Origin: Chitinophagia bacterium | GTDB taxonomy: Bacteria > Bacteroidota > Bacteroidia > Chitinophagales > Chitinophagaceae | NCBI GenBank assembly: GCA_037128235.1 | Contig: JBAXWU010000001.1 | Coordinates: 1 to 56,805 of the forward strand | Direction: 5' to 3' | DNA: 56,805 nucleotides | Shown here: positions 47,958 to 56,805 of the stretch, in pieces | Numbering within the stretch: the stretch's first letter is position 1 | Layout of the letters: each line of letters begins with the position of its first letter | The notes under the pieces: model-generated | The model's input: only the letters and a program-made list of their open reading frames with translations | What the model was told of the DNA's origin: nothing | The model's database searches: none | Position numbers and translations under genes: made by a program

Positions 47958-49601
47958 CTACTCCTTCTCCATCTTCCCATCATTTAAAAGTACATTCCTA
48001 GGATCTAGTTCCAATTTCTCAGGAGCAGTCGCTAAAGGGAAACTAAATACTTGGTCTTTATCCTTCAAATTCATGGTAAGTATAGTAGGGGTAATTGCCC
48101 CTTTTTTAAAATACCCAATTTCTACAGGTAATGAATATAAAAACTTATCTCCCTGGGCTTGATGTAACTGCACAGTTAGTTTTTTCGCAATTGCATTATA
48201 AGTCCAACTGGCATTAATGGTAGGGTTAATAGGCTGATACAACCACTGCTTAAAAAATAATTTTAAATCCTTACCAGAAACTTTTTCCATTTCAATTCTG
48301 AATCCATCGGTACTTGTATTGGCATTAAAATACTTTGCATAATAGTTTTGAATTCCTTTTTTGAAATTCTTTTCTCCCATTAAATTTCTAAGCATATGAA
48401 GTACCCAAGCCCCTTTTTGATAAGTAAGACCACTAGTCACTTGTTCTTTTTCTGCTGTTCTCTCACTTACTATACTAAATGCAGGTAACTTAACTGATAA
48501 ATCATAAACAGTTTTTCTTGCTTTAATAATGCCTTTATTATATTCTTCTTTACCATATTCATTTTCAATAAATAATAAAGTAAAAAAAGTAGCAAAGCCC
48601 TCGCTTAACCAAGCATCGTCCCAAGTTGTTTCAGTAATGGCATTACCAAACCATTGATGAGCAATTTCATGAATGACTACATTTCTAGTTCTGTCATCTC
48701 TTTTACCGGTTACCAAATCTTCGCCATAAAATATAGCTGAAGAGGTTTCCATACCACCATTCACACTAGGGGTTTGAATATTCGCCAATTTCTCATAAGC
48801 ATAAGGGCCCACATAATTAGAATAGAATTCTAAAACCTTTTTAGTGGGCTCATCAAAATCATAAAAACCTGCTTCCCTGTTTTTAGCATATACCCATGTT
48901 TGTATCGATTTTCCTCTGAATTCATCTACATATTTAACAGCAAAATCGGCTACCCCTAAAACAAATAACCAAGAAGATACAGGTACCGATTGTTTCCAAT
49001 GAGTAAGTCTGGTACTATTACCAAGTTCAGATTCTTCCATTAATAAACCATTAGATACTACTTTATAATGAGAAGGTGCTTTTACAATAAATTCAGAAGT
49101 AGCTTTATCATGTGGATGGTCAACAATAGGCAACCAATGTCTTCCGCGATTAGGCCAGTTTTCATTAAAAAAACTACGGTCACCTAATTTAGTAGCCCCA
49201 ATTCTTAAACCATCAAATGGTATACCATGGTATTGAATAGTAAATATTAATGTTTGATTTAATGTAGAAGGAGCTGGTAGGTTAATGATGAGTTCATCAT
49301 TTTGATGCGTATAGTTTACAGCAAGGTTAGAACTAGTAACAGCATCTACCACCATACCTTTGTTCTGTCTTGCAGTTGTTTTATTAATAAAATCAAGACG
49401 GAAATTTTTCATGCCCGCTTCCTTAAAACTAATAGTTACCAGCGTGGTTCCTGTAATTTCATTATCAGCATCTGATAAGCTTAAATTAAATACATAATGT
49501 TTTACATCTATATTTTTATTAATAGGGTAGGTATCTGCTTTTGAAATAAGAGGTACAACAAAGAGTAATACTGTTGTAAATAAATTAAATATTCTTTTCA
49601 T
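47958..49601 (-). CDS. M1 family aminopeptidase (secreted)
   Basis: Signal peptide, GGME, HEIAHQW...LSEG, YQKG. Confidence 0.9.
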   Translation of the reverse strand: MKRIFNLFTTVLLFVVPLISKADTYPINKNIDVKHYVFNLSLSDADNEITGTTLVTISFKEAGMKNFRLDFINKTTARQNKGMVVDAVTSSNLAVNYTHQNDELIINLPAPSTLNQTLIFTIQYHGIPFDGLRIGATKLGDRSFFNENWPNRGRHWLPIVDHPHDKATSEFIVKAPSHYKVVSNGLLMEESELGNSTRLTHWKQSVPVSSWLFVLGVADFAVKYVDEFRGKSIQTWVYAKNREAGFYDFDEPTKKVLEFYSNYVGPYAYEKLANIQTPSVNGGMETSSAIFYGEDLVTGKRDDRTRNVVIHEIAHQWFGNAITETTWDDAWLSEGFATFFTLLFIENEYGKEEYNKGIIKARKTVYDLSVKLPAFSIVSERTAEKEQVTSGLTYQKGAWVLHMLRNLMGEKNFKKGIQNYYAKYFNANTSTDGFRIEMEKVSGKDLKLFFKQWLYQPINPTINASWTYNAIAKKLTVQLHQAQGDKFLYSLPVEIGYFKKGAITPTILTMNLKDKDQVFSFPLATAPEKLELDPRNVLLNDGKMEKE

Positions 49602-49649
49602 TAGATTAATAGTATTGTATATTTTATTAAATATTTTATAGTAAATATC

Positions 49650-51320
49650 TTATTGTATCGTTACTTTTTTCAAATAATATCCTTTAGCATCTACCCCCGG
49701 AGGAGTTGCCGCATTGACCAAAATACCTTCACTAGGAATAAGGGTACGTGTAGTTTGACCATTCGCTGTAATCTCAAATGGCAGAGGCATAAAGAAATTA
49801 TTTTGTTTAATTTGGAATTTTTGAAAACCTACTTCTTTAATGCTAATATCTAAAACATTGGTAGTACGTAAAAAGAAATCAAAGAAAGGTTTTAAGTCCT
49901 TGCCAGAAGCGTTACTAAATAATTTCTCTACATCCATCGTAGTAACAAAATTATCATAAGTAGATTGCGGGTCAGTAGATAATTTCTTTAAAGTAGGGAA
50001 GAAGATTTCATCTCCAATGAAGTATCTTAAACTATGCATGAAAAAAGATCCTTTGCCATAAATATCTCCACCAGAATACACTTCTTCTTCTGTAATTTCA
50101 TCACCCGCAGGTACAATGGCCTTTCTGTTTCTTGAATTACGTCTATGGCCAGCAATAATTTCATCATAAGCAGGCTGACCCCCAATTTCTAACATCGCTA
50201 ATGCTTCAGCATAAGTGCCAATACCTTCTTGAATCCACATATGGCCCCAGTCCTTATTGGTTACTTTATTCGCCCACCACTCGTGTGCATATTCATGAAA
50301 TAAATTGTCTGAATATTCTTGCCCATTGATAGTTTTATACCTAAACTTATTATCAAAAGTAATCATAGTTTGATGCTCCATTCCAGAGTTAGGTACTTCA
50401 GCAATCCCAATTTTTTCTTTGGCCCAAGGGTATTCACCAAAATACTTCTCTAGAATTTGATTGTCTCTTTTTTTAGTGGCAATTACTTTTTTAGCATGCA
50501 TGGTATCTACCTCTAATACATAATATTCAATAGGTACTTTATTACCTAGTATAGTAGTTAACTCATCTTTGTACACTTTATACTTTCCTATATTAAATAC
50601 AATACAATAGTTACTAATCGTATAATTTGTTTTCCAATGATAAGTAGACTTATTTTTCTTAGTATTTACATTCATTAATAAGCCAGGGCCAGCAACTACT
50701 AAATGAGAAGGCACTGTAATTTTTAAATCGGCTCCTTCATTCGGCTCATCACTTGGATGATCCTTACATGGGTAATACATTTTTCCACCTTCCCCTTGAA
50801 TGTTGATAGATATCCAGTCGTAACCTGCGCTATCTTTTTTCCAAGTAAATCCACCATCCCAAGGAGGCTTAACTGCCACCGGAGGTATACCACTATATTC
50901 AATGTATACTTTTTGATTGCCTATTTCAAAACCAGCAGGGGAACTGATAAATATTTTATCGTCGTGTTGGTAGAAGGCAGCAGGTTTATTATTCACTTTA
51001 ATTTTAGTAACCTTATATAAATGAATTAAATCAAGTAAAATAGTGTCTGTTTTTTTAGACAAATTCAAACTTACTTCAGTGCTACCACTAATAGATTGTT
51101 TGGCAATATCCACTTCCAGGGCAATGCTATAATGTCTAATATCCATGATAGCTTGCAAGGGTTGTAGCTTTCCGCCTGTAGTGAGGTATAAAATATCTCT
51201 ACTGTTAATATTATCGTCATTTTGACTGAATGCCTGCAGTGAGGGCAACGTTAGAACAAAAATAGTCAGCGTTTTAAATAGGTTTAAACCGAACTGCTTT
51301 AGTTGTGTACTGAATTTCAT
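49650..51320 (-). CDS. M1 family aminopeptidase (secreted)
   Basis: Signal peptide, SGMEH, HEYAHEW...IQEG, YGKG. Confidence 0.9.
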   Translation of the reverse strand: MKFSTQLKQFGLNLFKTLTIFVLTLPSLQAFSQNDDNINSRDILYLTTGGKLQPLQAIMDIRHYSIALEVDIAKQSISGSTEVSLNLSKKTDTILLDLIHLYKVTKIKVNNKPAAFYQHDDKIFISSPAGFEIGNQKVYIEYSGIPPVAVKPPWDGGFTWKKDSAGYDWISINIQGEGGKMYYPCKDHPSDEPNEGADLKITVPSHLVVAGPGLLMNVNTKKNKSTYHWKTNYTISNYCIVFNIGKYKVYKDELTTILGNKVPIEYYVLEVDTMHAKKVIATKKRDNQILEKYFGEYPWAKEKIGIAEVPNSGMEHQTMITFDNKFRYKTINGQEYSDNLFHEYAHEWWANKVTNKDWGHMWIQEGIGTYAEALAMLEIGGQPAYDEIIAGHRRNSRNRKAIVPAGDEITEEEVYSGGDIYGKGSFFMHSLRYFIGDEIFFPTLKKLSTDPQSTYDNFVTTMDVEKLFSNASGKDLKPFFDFFLRTTNVLDISIKEVGFQKFQIKQNNFFMPLPFEITANGQTTRTLIPSEGILVNAATPPGVDAKGYYLKKVTIQ

Positions 51321-51555
51321 TTATTTATATTTATAAGTGTGCGAAATTTCCAATGACTAAATATAATTTTTTTAAAGCAGTATACCTTCAATTTTAATAC
51401 AATAATTTTCTATTTTACTGTTACATAATTTCGTCTTAATTTATTCATAAGTATATGATATTCATTTATTTATATTCAATTAGAAACTAATTAATTCAAT
51501 ATTTATGCTTTAATAGCGCATTTAATAAACTACCTTCGCGTCACATTTACGCCAT

Positions 51556-52887
51556 ATGACATTTCAAGATTTAAATTTAAATACCCCTTTATTAAGAGCC
51601 GTTGAAGAACTAGGTTTTAAGGAAGCTACTACTATACAGCATAGGGTTTTTCCTATTGTTATGTCGGGTAGAGATGTATGCGGTATTGCACAAACAGGAA
51701 CAGGTAAAACATTTGCTTATTTATTACCTTGTTTAAGACAATGGAAATTTGATAAAAATAAAGACCCTCAAATTTTAGTATTGGTACCCACCAGAGAATT
51801 AGTCGTACAAGTAGTGGAAGCTGTTAATAAATTAACACCTTATATGAGTGTGCATGCAGTGGGTGTATTTGGTGGCGTGAATATTAATACACAACAAATT
51901 GCATTAGAAAGCGGTGCAGATGTTTTAGTAGCTACACCTGGTCGACTATTTGACTTAATAATGAACGGCGCCTTTAAAACTAAAATGATTAAGAAATTAG
52001 TCATTGATGAAATGGATGAAATGTTGAATTTAGGTTTTAGAAAACAAATCACGAATATTTTAGAATTACTTCCCGCTAAAAGACAGAACTTACTTTTCTC
52101 AGCCACCATCACTGATGATGTTGAAAAATTAATGAATGATTATTTTAGCGCACCTATTAGAGTAGAAGCGGCGCCTACTGGTACACCACTTGAAAATATT
52201 ATTCAAAATGGGTATGATGTTCCCAATTTTAATACTAAGGTTAATTTATTAAAGCTTTTATTAAGTTCTAACGAGACCATGACCAAAGTGCTCATATTCG
52301 CTGCTACTAAGGCTTTGGCAGATCAACTATTCGAACAATTAAATGAAAAGTTCCCAGAAAAAGTAGGAGTGATTCATTCTAACAAAGAACAAAATCATCG
52401 ATTCAATACAGTGAAACAATTTAAAGCGGGTGTCTATACTTATTTAATTGCTACCGATGTAATGGCAAGAGGTATTGATGTTGCAGAAGTTACGCATGTC
52501 ATAAATTTTGACACCCCCGATGTACCAGAAAATTATATTCACCGTATTGGTAGAACAGGAAGAGCTGATAAAAAAGGAATCTCTATTACCTTTATTACAA
52601 CAAAAGAAAAAATTTTACAAAAAGCAATAGAAACTTTAATGAAGCAAAAAATTCCTATGCTTTCCTTACCTGCCGATTTAGAAATTTCAGCAATTCTCAC
52701 CGAGGACGAGAAGCCAAAAGTTCGAATGAAGATTATTCAAATTAAAGTTCCTAAGAAAGAAGAGTCGGGGCCAGCCTTTCATGAAAAATCGGCTAAGAAT
52801 AGCAAAGTGAATGTACGTAAGAATAGGAAAGAGATAATGCAGAAAAAATACGGTAAGCCTATTTCAAGAGGAGGCAAAAATAAATAG
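51556..52887 (+). CDS. DEAD/DEAH-box RNA helicase
   Basis: Q motif, AQTGTGKT, PTREL, TPGR, DEMD, SAT, ARGID, HRIGRTGR, basic tail. Confidence 0.93.
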   Translation: MTFQDLNLNTPLLRAVEELGFKEATTIQHRVFPIVMSGRDVCGIAQTGTGKTFAYLLPCLRQWKFDKNKDPQILVLVPTRELVVQVVEAVNKLTPYMSVHAVGVFGGVNINTQQIALESGADVLVATPGRLFDLIMNGAFKTKMIKKLVIDEMDEMLNLGFRKQITNILELLPAKRQNLLFSATITDDVEKLMNDYFSAPIRVEAAPTGTPLENIIQNGYDVPNFNTKVNLLKLLLSSNETMTKVLIFAATKALADQLFEQLNEKFPEKVGVIHSNKEQNHRFNTVKQFKAGVYTYLIATDVMARGIDVAEVTHVINFDTPDVPENYIHRIGRTGRADKKGISITFITTKEKILQKAIETLMKQKIPMLSLPADLEISAILTEDEKPKVRMKIIQIKVPKKEESGPAFHEKSAKNSKVNVRKNRKEIMQKKYGKPISRGGKNK

Positions 52888-52925
52888 AGCCTAAATAAAA
52901 AAAATAGTAGACAAAATAAATAGAC

Positions 52926-52969
52926 AAAATAAAAAGGCCCTTAGATTTCAGTAAGGGCCTTTTTATTTT
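52926..52969. terminator. Bidirectional intrinsic terminator
   Basis: AAAATAAAAAGGCCCTTA-gatttcag-TAAGGGCCTTTTTATTTT, an 18-bp inverted repeat between convergent genes. Confidence 0.88.
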
Positions 52970-52976
52970 ATATATA

Positions 52977-53390
52977 TTAAAATCTCTCAGTAGCTGCAAA
53001 GAAGAAGTTTCCTTCTATTTGTGCATTCTCATCACTGTCACTTCCGTGAACAGCATTTTCTCCCATGGAAGCTGCGAAATTCTTTCTAATAGTGCCTTCT
53101 TCTGCTTGAGCAGGATTCGTAGCTCCAATTAATTTTCTAAAATCGGCGACCGCATTGTCTTTTTCAAGAATAGCGGCTACAATAGGGCCAGAACTCATAA
53201 AAGCTACTAATTCACCATAAAAAGGGCGCTCTTTATGCACTTCGTAAAATTGTCCAGCTTGTTCCACTGTTAATTTTGTCCATTTCATGGCTTTAACGCT
53301 AAATCCAGCCTTAATTATTTGGTCTAAAATAGCTCCAGTATAGCCTTTTGAAGTGGCATCTGGCTTAATCATCGTAAATGTGCGGTTCAT
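52977..53390 (-). CDS. ndk: Nucleoside-diphosphate kinase
   Basis: [27 protein letters not shown] at 53390; TAATTTTG at 53431-53424 on the minus strand. Confidence 0.96.
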   Translation of the reverse strand: MNRTFTMIKPDATSKGYTGAILDQIIKAGFSVKAMKWTKLTVEQAGQFYEVHKERPFYGELVAFMSSGPIVAAILEKDNAVADFRKLIGATNPAQAEEGTIRKNFAASMGENAVHGSDSDENAQIEGNFFFAATERF

Positions 53391-53468
53391 AGTTATTTTA
53401 TTATTAGTTGCTAATTGCAGGCGCAAAATTACTGAAAAACATCTGATTTACGCTAAATTTGTGCCTCT

Positions 53469-54485
53469 ATGCAAACAATTGAACAATTTTACCCCTTTCT
53501 GAATCAACCTTTTAAGGCTGTAATTACATCACATCAAAAGCCAGACGGAGATGCGATGGGTTCAAGTTTGGGACTTTACCATTTTTTAAAGCAGTTGGGG
53601 CATGAGGTTACAGTTATTTCTCCTACCAATTGGGCCTCTTTTTTAGATTGGATGCCTGGTACAGACCAAGTCATTGATTTTGAATCGCATAAAGAAAAAG
53701 CCACAAGTATTATTCAGGAAGCCGATTATGTATTCTGCTTAGATTTTAATATTCTACATCGAACGAAACATTTAGAACCCATCATTAAAGAAGCGAAAGC
53801 ATTAAAAATATTAGTAGATCATCATCAACAACCCGATACCCCTTCTTTTGCCTATGGTATTAGTGATGTGATGATGAGTTCTACCTGTGAAATGATTTAT
53901 AATTTCATCGTAGAATCGGGACATAGTAATTTAATAAACCTAGATATTGCTGCTTGTTTATATACAGGCCTTATGACCGATACAGGTTCTTTCCGTTTTC
54001 CGTCCACTTCAGCATCTGTTCATAAAATTGTAGCGCATTTAAAAGAATTAGGCCTAAAACATTCTTTGATTCATGAAAAAATATATGATAACTCTTCAGA
54101 AGGCAGGTTAAAATTTATGGGTAATGCCTTTTTAAATAGAATGACTGTGCTACCTGAATTAAATACAGCCATGATGGCCATCCCCAAAACAGATATATAT
54201 AAATTCGAGTTGAAAACTGGAGATACGGAGGGATTGGTTAATTATTTGTTATCAATTGAAGGCATTAAGTTAGCCGCCATAGTCATAGACAGAGAAGAAG
54301 AAAGAAAATGGAGCTTTAGGAGTAAAGGTAACTTCGATGTTAATATATTTGCACGCACTCATTTTGAAGGGGGAGGCCATGCCAATGCCGCTGGAGGAAG
54401 ATCTTCAAAAACGGTGGAAGAAACCGCAAGCGATTTTAAAAATATTATAAAAGAATATAAATCACAATTAACACAATTAAAATAA
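53469..54485 (+). CDS. nrnA: DHH family oligoribonuclease / PAP phosphatase
   Basis: HQKPDGDAMGS, DHH, TDTGSF, SFRS, GGGHANAAG. Confidence 0.9.
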   Translation: MQTIEQFYPFLNQPFKAVITSHQKPDGDAMGSSLGLYHFLKQLGHEVTVISPTNWASFLDWMPGTDQVIDFESHKEKATSIIQEADYVFCLDFNILHRTKHLEPIIKEAKALKILVDHHQQPDTPSFAYGISDVMMSSTCEMIYNFIVESGHSNLINLDIAACLYTGLMTDTGSFRFPSTSASVHKIVAHLKELGLKHSLIHEKIYDNSSEGRLKFMGNAFLNRMTVLPELNTAMMAIPKTDIYKFELKTGDTEGLVNYLLSIEGIKLAAIVIDREEERKWSFRSKGNFDVNIFARTHFEGGGHANAAGGRSSKTVEETASDFKNIIKEYKSQLTQLK

Positions 54486-54486
54486 A

Positions 54487-55410
54487 ATGATAAAATCAAG
54501 TTTAAAGTTAGTGGCTGCTATTGTCTTGTTTGCAAGTTGTAATCAATATGAAAAAGCCCCCTCTGGTATGCCTTACAAAATTACACACGGTAGTGGTAAT
54601 GAAAAATTATTGCAACAAGGTCAATTCGTTAAATTAAATGTAGAGTACAAGTTAAAATCTAAAGACACTACTTTAAGTTCAACTTTTGGCGTTATACCTG
54701 TTTATTTCCCGGTTGATACAGCTCGTTTAGGCAAGTATACATTTACTGAAGTTATTATGAAATGTAGAAAAGGAGACAAGGTTGAATTCTCTTTAAGCGT
54801 TGATACCTTAGTGAACATGAAAGTTTTACAATTAAATGAAGTATTCAAAACTAAAGATATCATTTTAGGTAAAGCCGAAATTGTAGATGTATTCACTGAC
54901 GTTAAATTAGTTGACGCCGATTACAAGAAAGAGCAAGACAAAGAAAAAACAAAAGAAATTGGTATTATTGCAGCTTACTTGGCTAAAAATAAAATCACTG
55001 CTGTACAATCTCCAGAAGGAGTCTTTGTAGTTACTAAAGAAGCAGGAGATGCTATCAACAGAATTGATTCTACAAAAGTGGCTAGCGTATTTTATAAAGG
55101 ATATACATTAAAAGGGGAAGTATTTGACTCTAATATCAAACCAAATGACCCTACTGCTAAACCTTATGATGTAAAAGTAGGAGCGGGAAATGTAATTCCA
55201 GGTTGGGATATTGGATTAAAATATTTTGGAAAAGGAGGAAAGGGCGTTTTATATATACCTGCAATGTTGGCTTATGGCCCACAAGCAAATGGTGTCATCA
55301 AAGCTTATGATAACCTAGCTTTTGATATAGAAATTAAAGATGTAACTGTTGCTCCAAAAGCAGCTACTATTGCACCTCCACCGCCGCCACCGCCAGCAAT
55401 GCAAAAATAA
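54487..55410 (+). CDS. FKBP-type peptidyl-prolyl isomerase, lipoprotein
   Basis: Lipobox FASC; YKG...FDS, VIPGWD, IPAMLAYG; poly-Pro tail. Confidence 0.88.
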   Translation: MIKSSLKLVAAIVLFASCNQYEKAPSGMPYKITHGSGNEKLLQQGQFVKLNVEYKLKSKDTTLSSTFGVIPVYFPVDTARLGKYTFTEVIMKCRKGDKVEFSLSVDTLVNMKVLQLNEVFKTKDIILGKAEIVDVFTDVKLVDADYKKEQDKEKTKEIGIIAAYLAKNKITAVQSPEGVFVVTKEAGDAINRIDSTKVASVFYKGYTLKGEVFDSNIKPNDPTAKPYDVKVGAGNVIPGWDIGLKYFGKGGKGVLYIPAMLAYGPQANGVIKAYDNLAFDIEIKDVTVAPKAATIAPPPPPPPAMQK

Positions 55411-55471
55411 TAAGTAGAAAAAATAATTTATAGAAAAGTATAAATTAAATAATTAATATTTTTTTGAATTC

Positions 55472-55506
55472 AAAAAATGCTTCTCCTAATAAGAGAGGCA
55501 TTTTTT
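55472..55506. terminator. Bidirectional intrinsic terminator
   Basis: AAAAAATGCTTCTC-ctaataa-GAGAGGCATTTTTT between the convergent FKBP gene and folP. Confidence 0.75.
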
Positions 55507-56329
55507 ATTGTAGATAGGGTAGTAATTGTATTATTTCAGCAGCTTCTTTAACGTCATGTACTCTAAGAATATTTGCACCCTTTAACAAAGCTACTGTGTT
55601 TGCCACAGTAGTTGCGTTTAGGGCATCCTTGGATTCAATACCTAATGTTTTATATAAACTCGATTTCCTAGAAGCCCCTAATAAAATAGGAAGCTCCAAC
55701 ATCTTTAATTCATTTATTTTTTTAACAATTGTAAAATTCTCCTCTACTGTTTTTCCAAAACCAAAACCAGGGTCAATTACCCAATGATTAATCCCATATT
55801 TTAATAATAAATTCTTTTTGTCTTCAAAATAACGAATAAGTGTAGCTATAATATCCGCTCTTGGCTCCACTTTGTGCATGCTGTCTATTCCACCTGTTAA
55901 ATGCATACCAATATAAGCTGCGTTATTTTTAGCAACTACTGCTAATATATTTTCATCAAAACTGCCACAGCTAATATCATTAACAATATGTGCCCCCGCC
56001 GCTAAAGCAGCCTCTGCCACCGAAGCATAAAATGTATCCACCGATATAAGTTGTTTTGGATAAGCTTGGGCAATGGCTTCAATGTATGGAATAAGTCTTT
56101 TAATTTCAATGGCAGCACCCTCCATATGGGCACCTGGTCTTGTACTTTGTGCACCAATATCAATAATAGTTGCACCTTCATTTATAAATAGTTCAGTTTG
56201 CGCTAATGCGCTTTCTATATTTAAATGACGACTAGCTTCATAAAATGAGTCTGGTGTTAGATTTAAAATACCCATTACCTGGGGGCTACTAATTTGCCAT
56301 TCTAGTTCTTTGGCAGGTATTTTAAACAT
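55505..56329 (-). CDS. folP: Dihydropteroate synthase
   Basis: MGILNLTPDSF, DIGAQSTRPG, SVDT, DPGFGFGK, SRKS, RVHDV. Confidence 0.95.
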   Translation of the reverse strand: MFKIPAKELEWQISSPQVMGILNLTPDSFYEASRHLNIESALAQTELFINEGATIIDIGAQSTRPGAHMEGAAIEIKRLIPYIEAIAQAYPKQLISVDTFYASVAEAALAAGAHIVNDISCGSFDENILAVVAKNNAAYIGMHLTGGIDSMHKVEPRADIIATLIRYFEDKKNLLLKYGINHWVIDPGFGFGKTVEENFTIVKKINELKMLELPILLGASRKSSLYKTLGIESKDALNATTVANTVALLKGANILRVHDVKEAAEIIQLLPYLQ

Positions 56330-56406
56330 GGTTTTAATTTAAGCTTAAATGATTATCTTGCAGTGGTTCAAAGATATTAATTAACAAAGTAATCGGACGA
56401 AATTTA

Positions 56407-56805
56407 ATGAGTCAAACTTCCGCACAATTTGATCAAGCCATTGCCTCTTGCAGTGATATTTTTATTAAAAAAACAAAGGATTATGGTACTGCCTGGAGAG
56501 TATTAAGAATTATTTCCGTGGTAGACCAAATTTTTATAAAGGCCTTACGTATTCGAACCATTCAAGATTTGGGTACCCAGAAGGTAGAAGACGATATTCA
56601 ATCTGAGTTTAAAGGCATTCTTAATTATGCCGTAATTGGTTTAATTCAATTAAAACTAGGCGACCCAAGAGTAGACGAACTTCCTGTTGATCAAGTACAG
56701 GCACTTTACCAAGAAAATGTGCTCTTTGCGAAAACTACCATGATGGATAAAAATCATGACTATGGAGAAGCCTGGAGAGATATGAGTCAAGAAAGTTATG
56801 CCGAT
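56407..56805 (+). CDS. DUF1599 domain protein, 3'-partial (absent from the ORF track)
   Basis: ATG at 56407: MSQTSAQFDQAIASCSDIFIKKTKDYGTAWRVLR...KNHDYGEAWRDM. Duplicated K..DYG.AWR motif; frame runs off the window. Confidence 0.8.
   Translation, partial: MSQTSAQFDQAIASCSDIFIKKTKDYGTAWRVLRIISVVDQIFIKALRIRTIQDLGTQKVEDDIQSEFKGILNYAVIGLIQLKLGDPRVDELPVDQVQALYQENVLFAKTTMMDKNHDYGEAWRDMSQESYAD

Noticed and set aside
51321-51555. Longest intergenic region as an ncRNA, riboswitch or small gene
   Set aside because: Extremely AT-rich, with no stable stem or credible ORF seen. It is adequately explained as a divergent promoter region. An Rfam/Infernal scan would be the decisive test.
328-55787. The short 60-120 aa ORFs nested in or antisense to longer genes (e.g. 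5657-6016, 11999-12364, 27462-27812)
   Set aside because: They lie within well-supported genes and have no motifs. The hydrophobic 27462-27812 ORF is just the antisense of the Lys-rich tract.
1-56805. Mobile element, prophage or genomic island
   Set aside because: No integrase, transposase, phage gene, tRNA attachment site or visible compositional break.

Overview
This is a gene-dense, AT-rich (about one-third GC by eye) stretch of core chromosome from a Bacteroidota bacterium. The Bacteroidota call rests on repeated TAnnTTTG -7 promoter motifs, A-rich starts without Shine-Dalgarno sequences, and proteins such as DUF4199, DUF1599 and a SpmA/B fusion; a Chitinophagaceae-like placement is inference. 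It carries 49 CDS, two of them cut by the window edges. Housekeeping genes include parE, parC, ychF, lepA, tpiA, pdhA, pruA, pyrC, ndk, nrnA, folP and cinA. Envelope, glycan and peptide-scavenging genes include an LTA-synthase-like sulfatase, NamZ, GT2/GT4 glycosyltransferases, gmhA/gmhB, a TonB-dependent receptor, an S9 peptidase, two M1 peptidases and a glutaminyl cyclase. I found no rRNA, tRNA, CRISPR array, integrase, transposase, phage or defence genes. The points most worth checking are: (1) at least four independent short tandem-repeat arrays (9, 13, 13 and 16 bp units) filling spacers inside operons, two of them flanking gmhA where heptose-pathway genes seem to be missing; (2) a YkgJ-family gene whose plausible N-terminus has no ATG/GTG/TTG and may start at ATC; (3) an uncharacterised operon of TPR protein, beta-barrel, membrane-anchored HU-like protein and methyltransferase; (4) a perfect DnaA box upstream of parE. 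None of these demonstrates a new system. They are leads.
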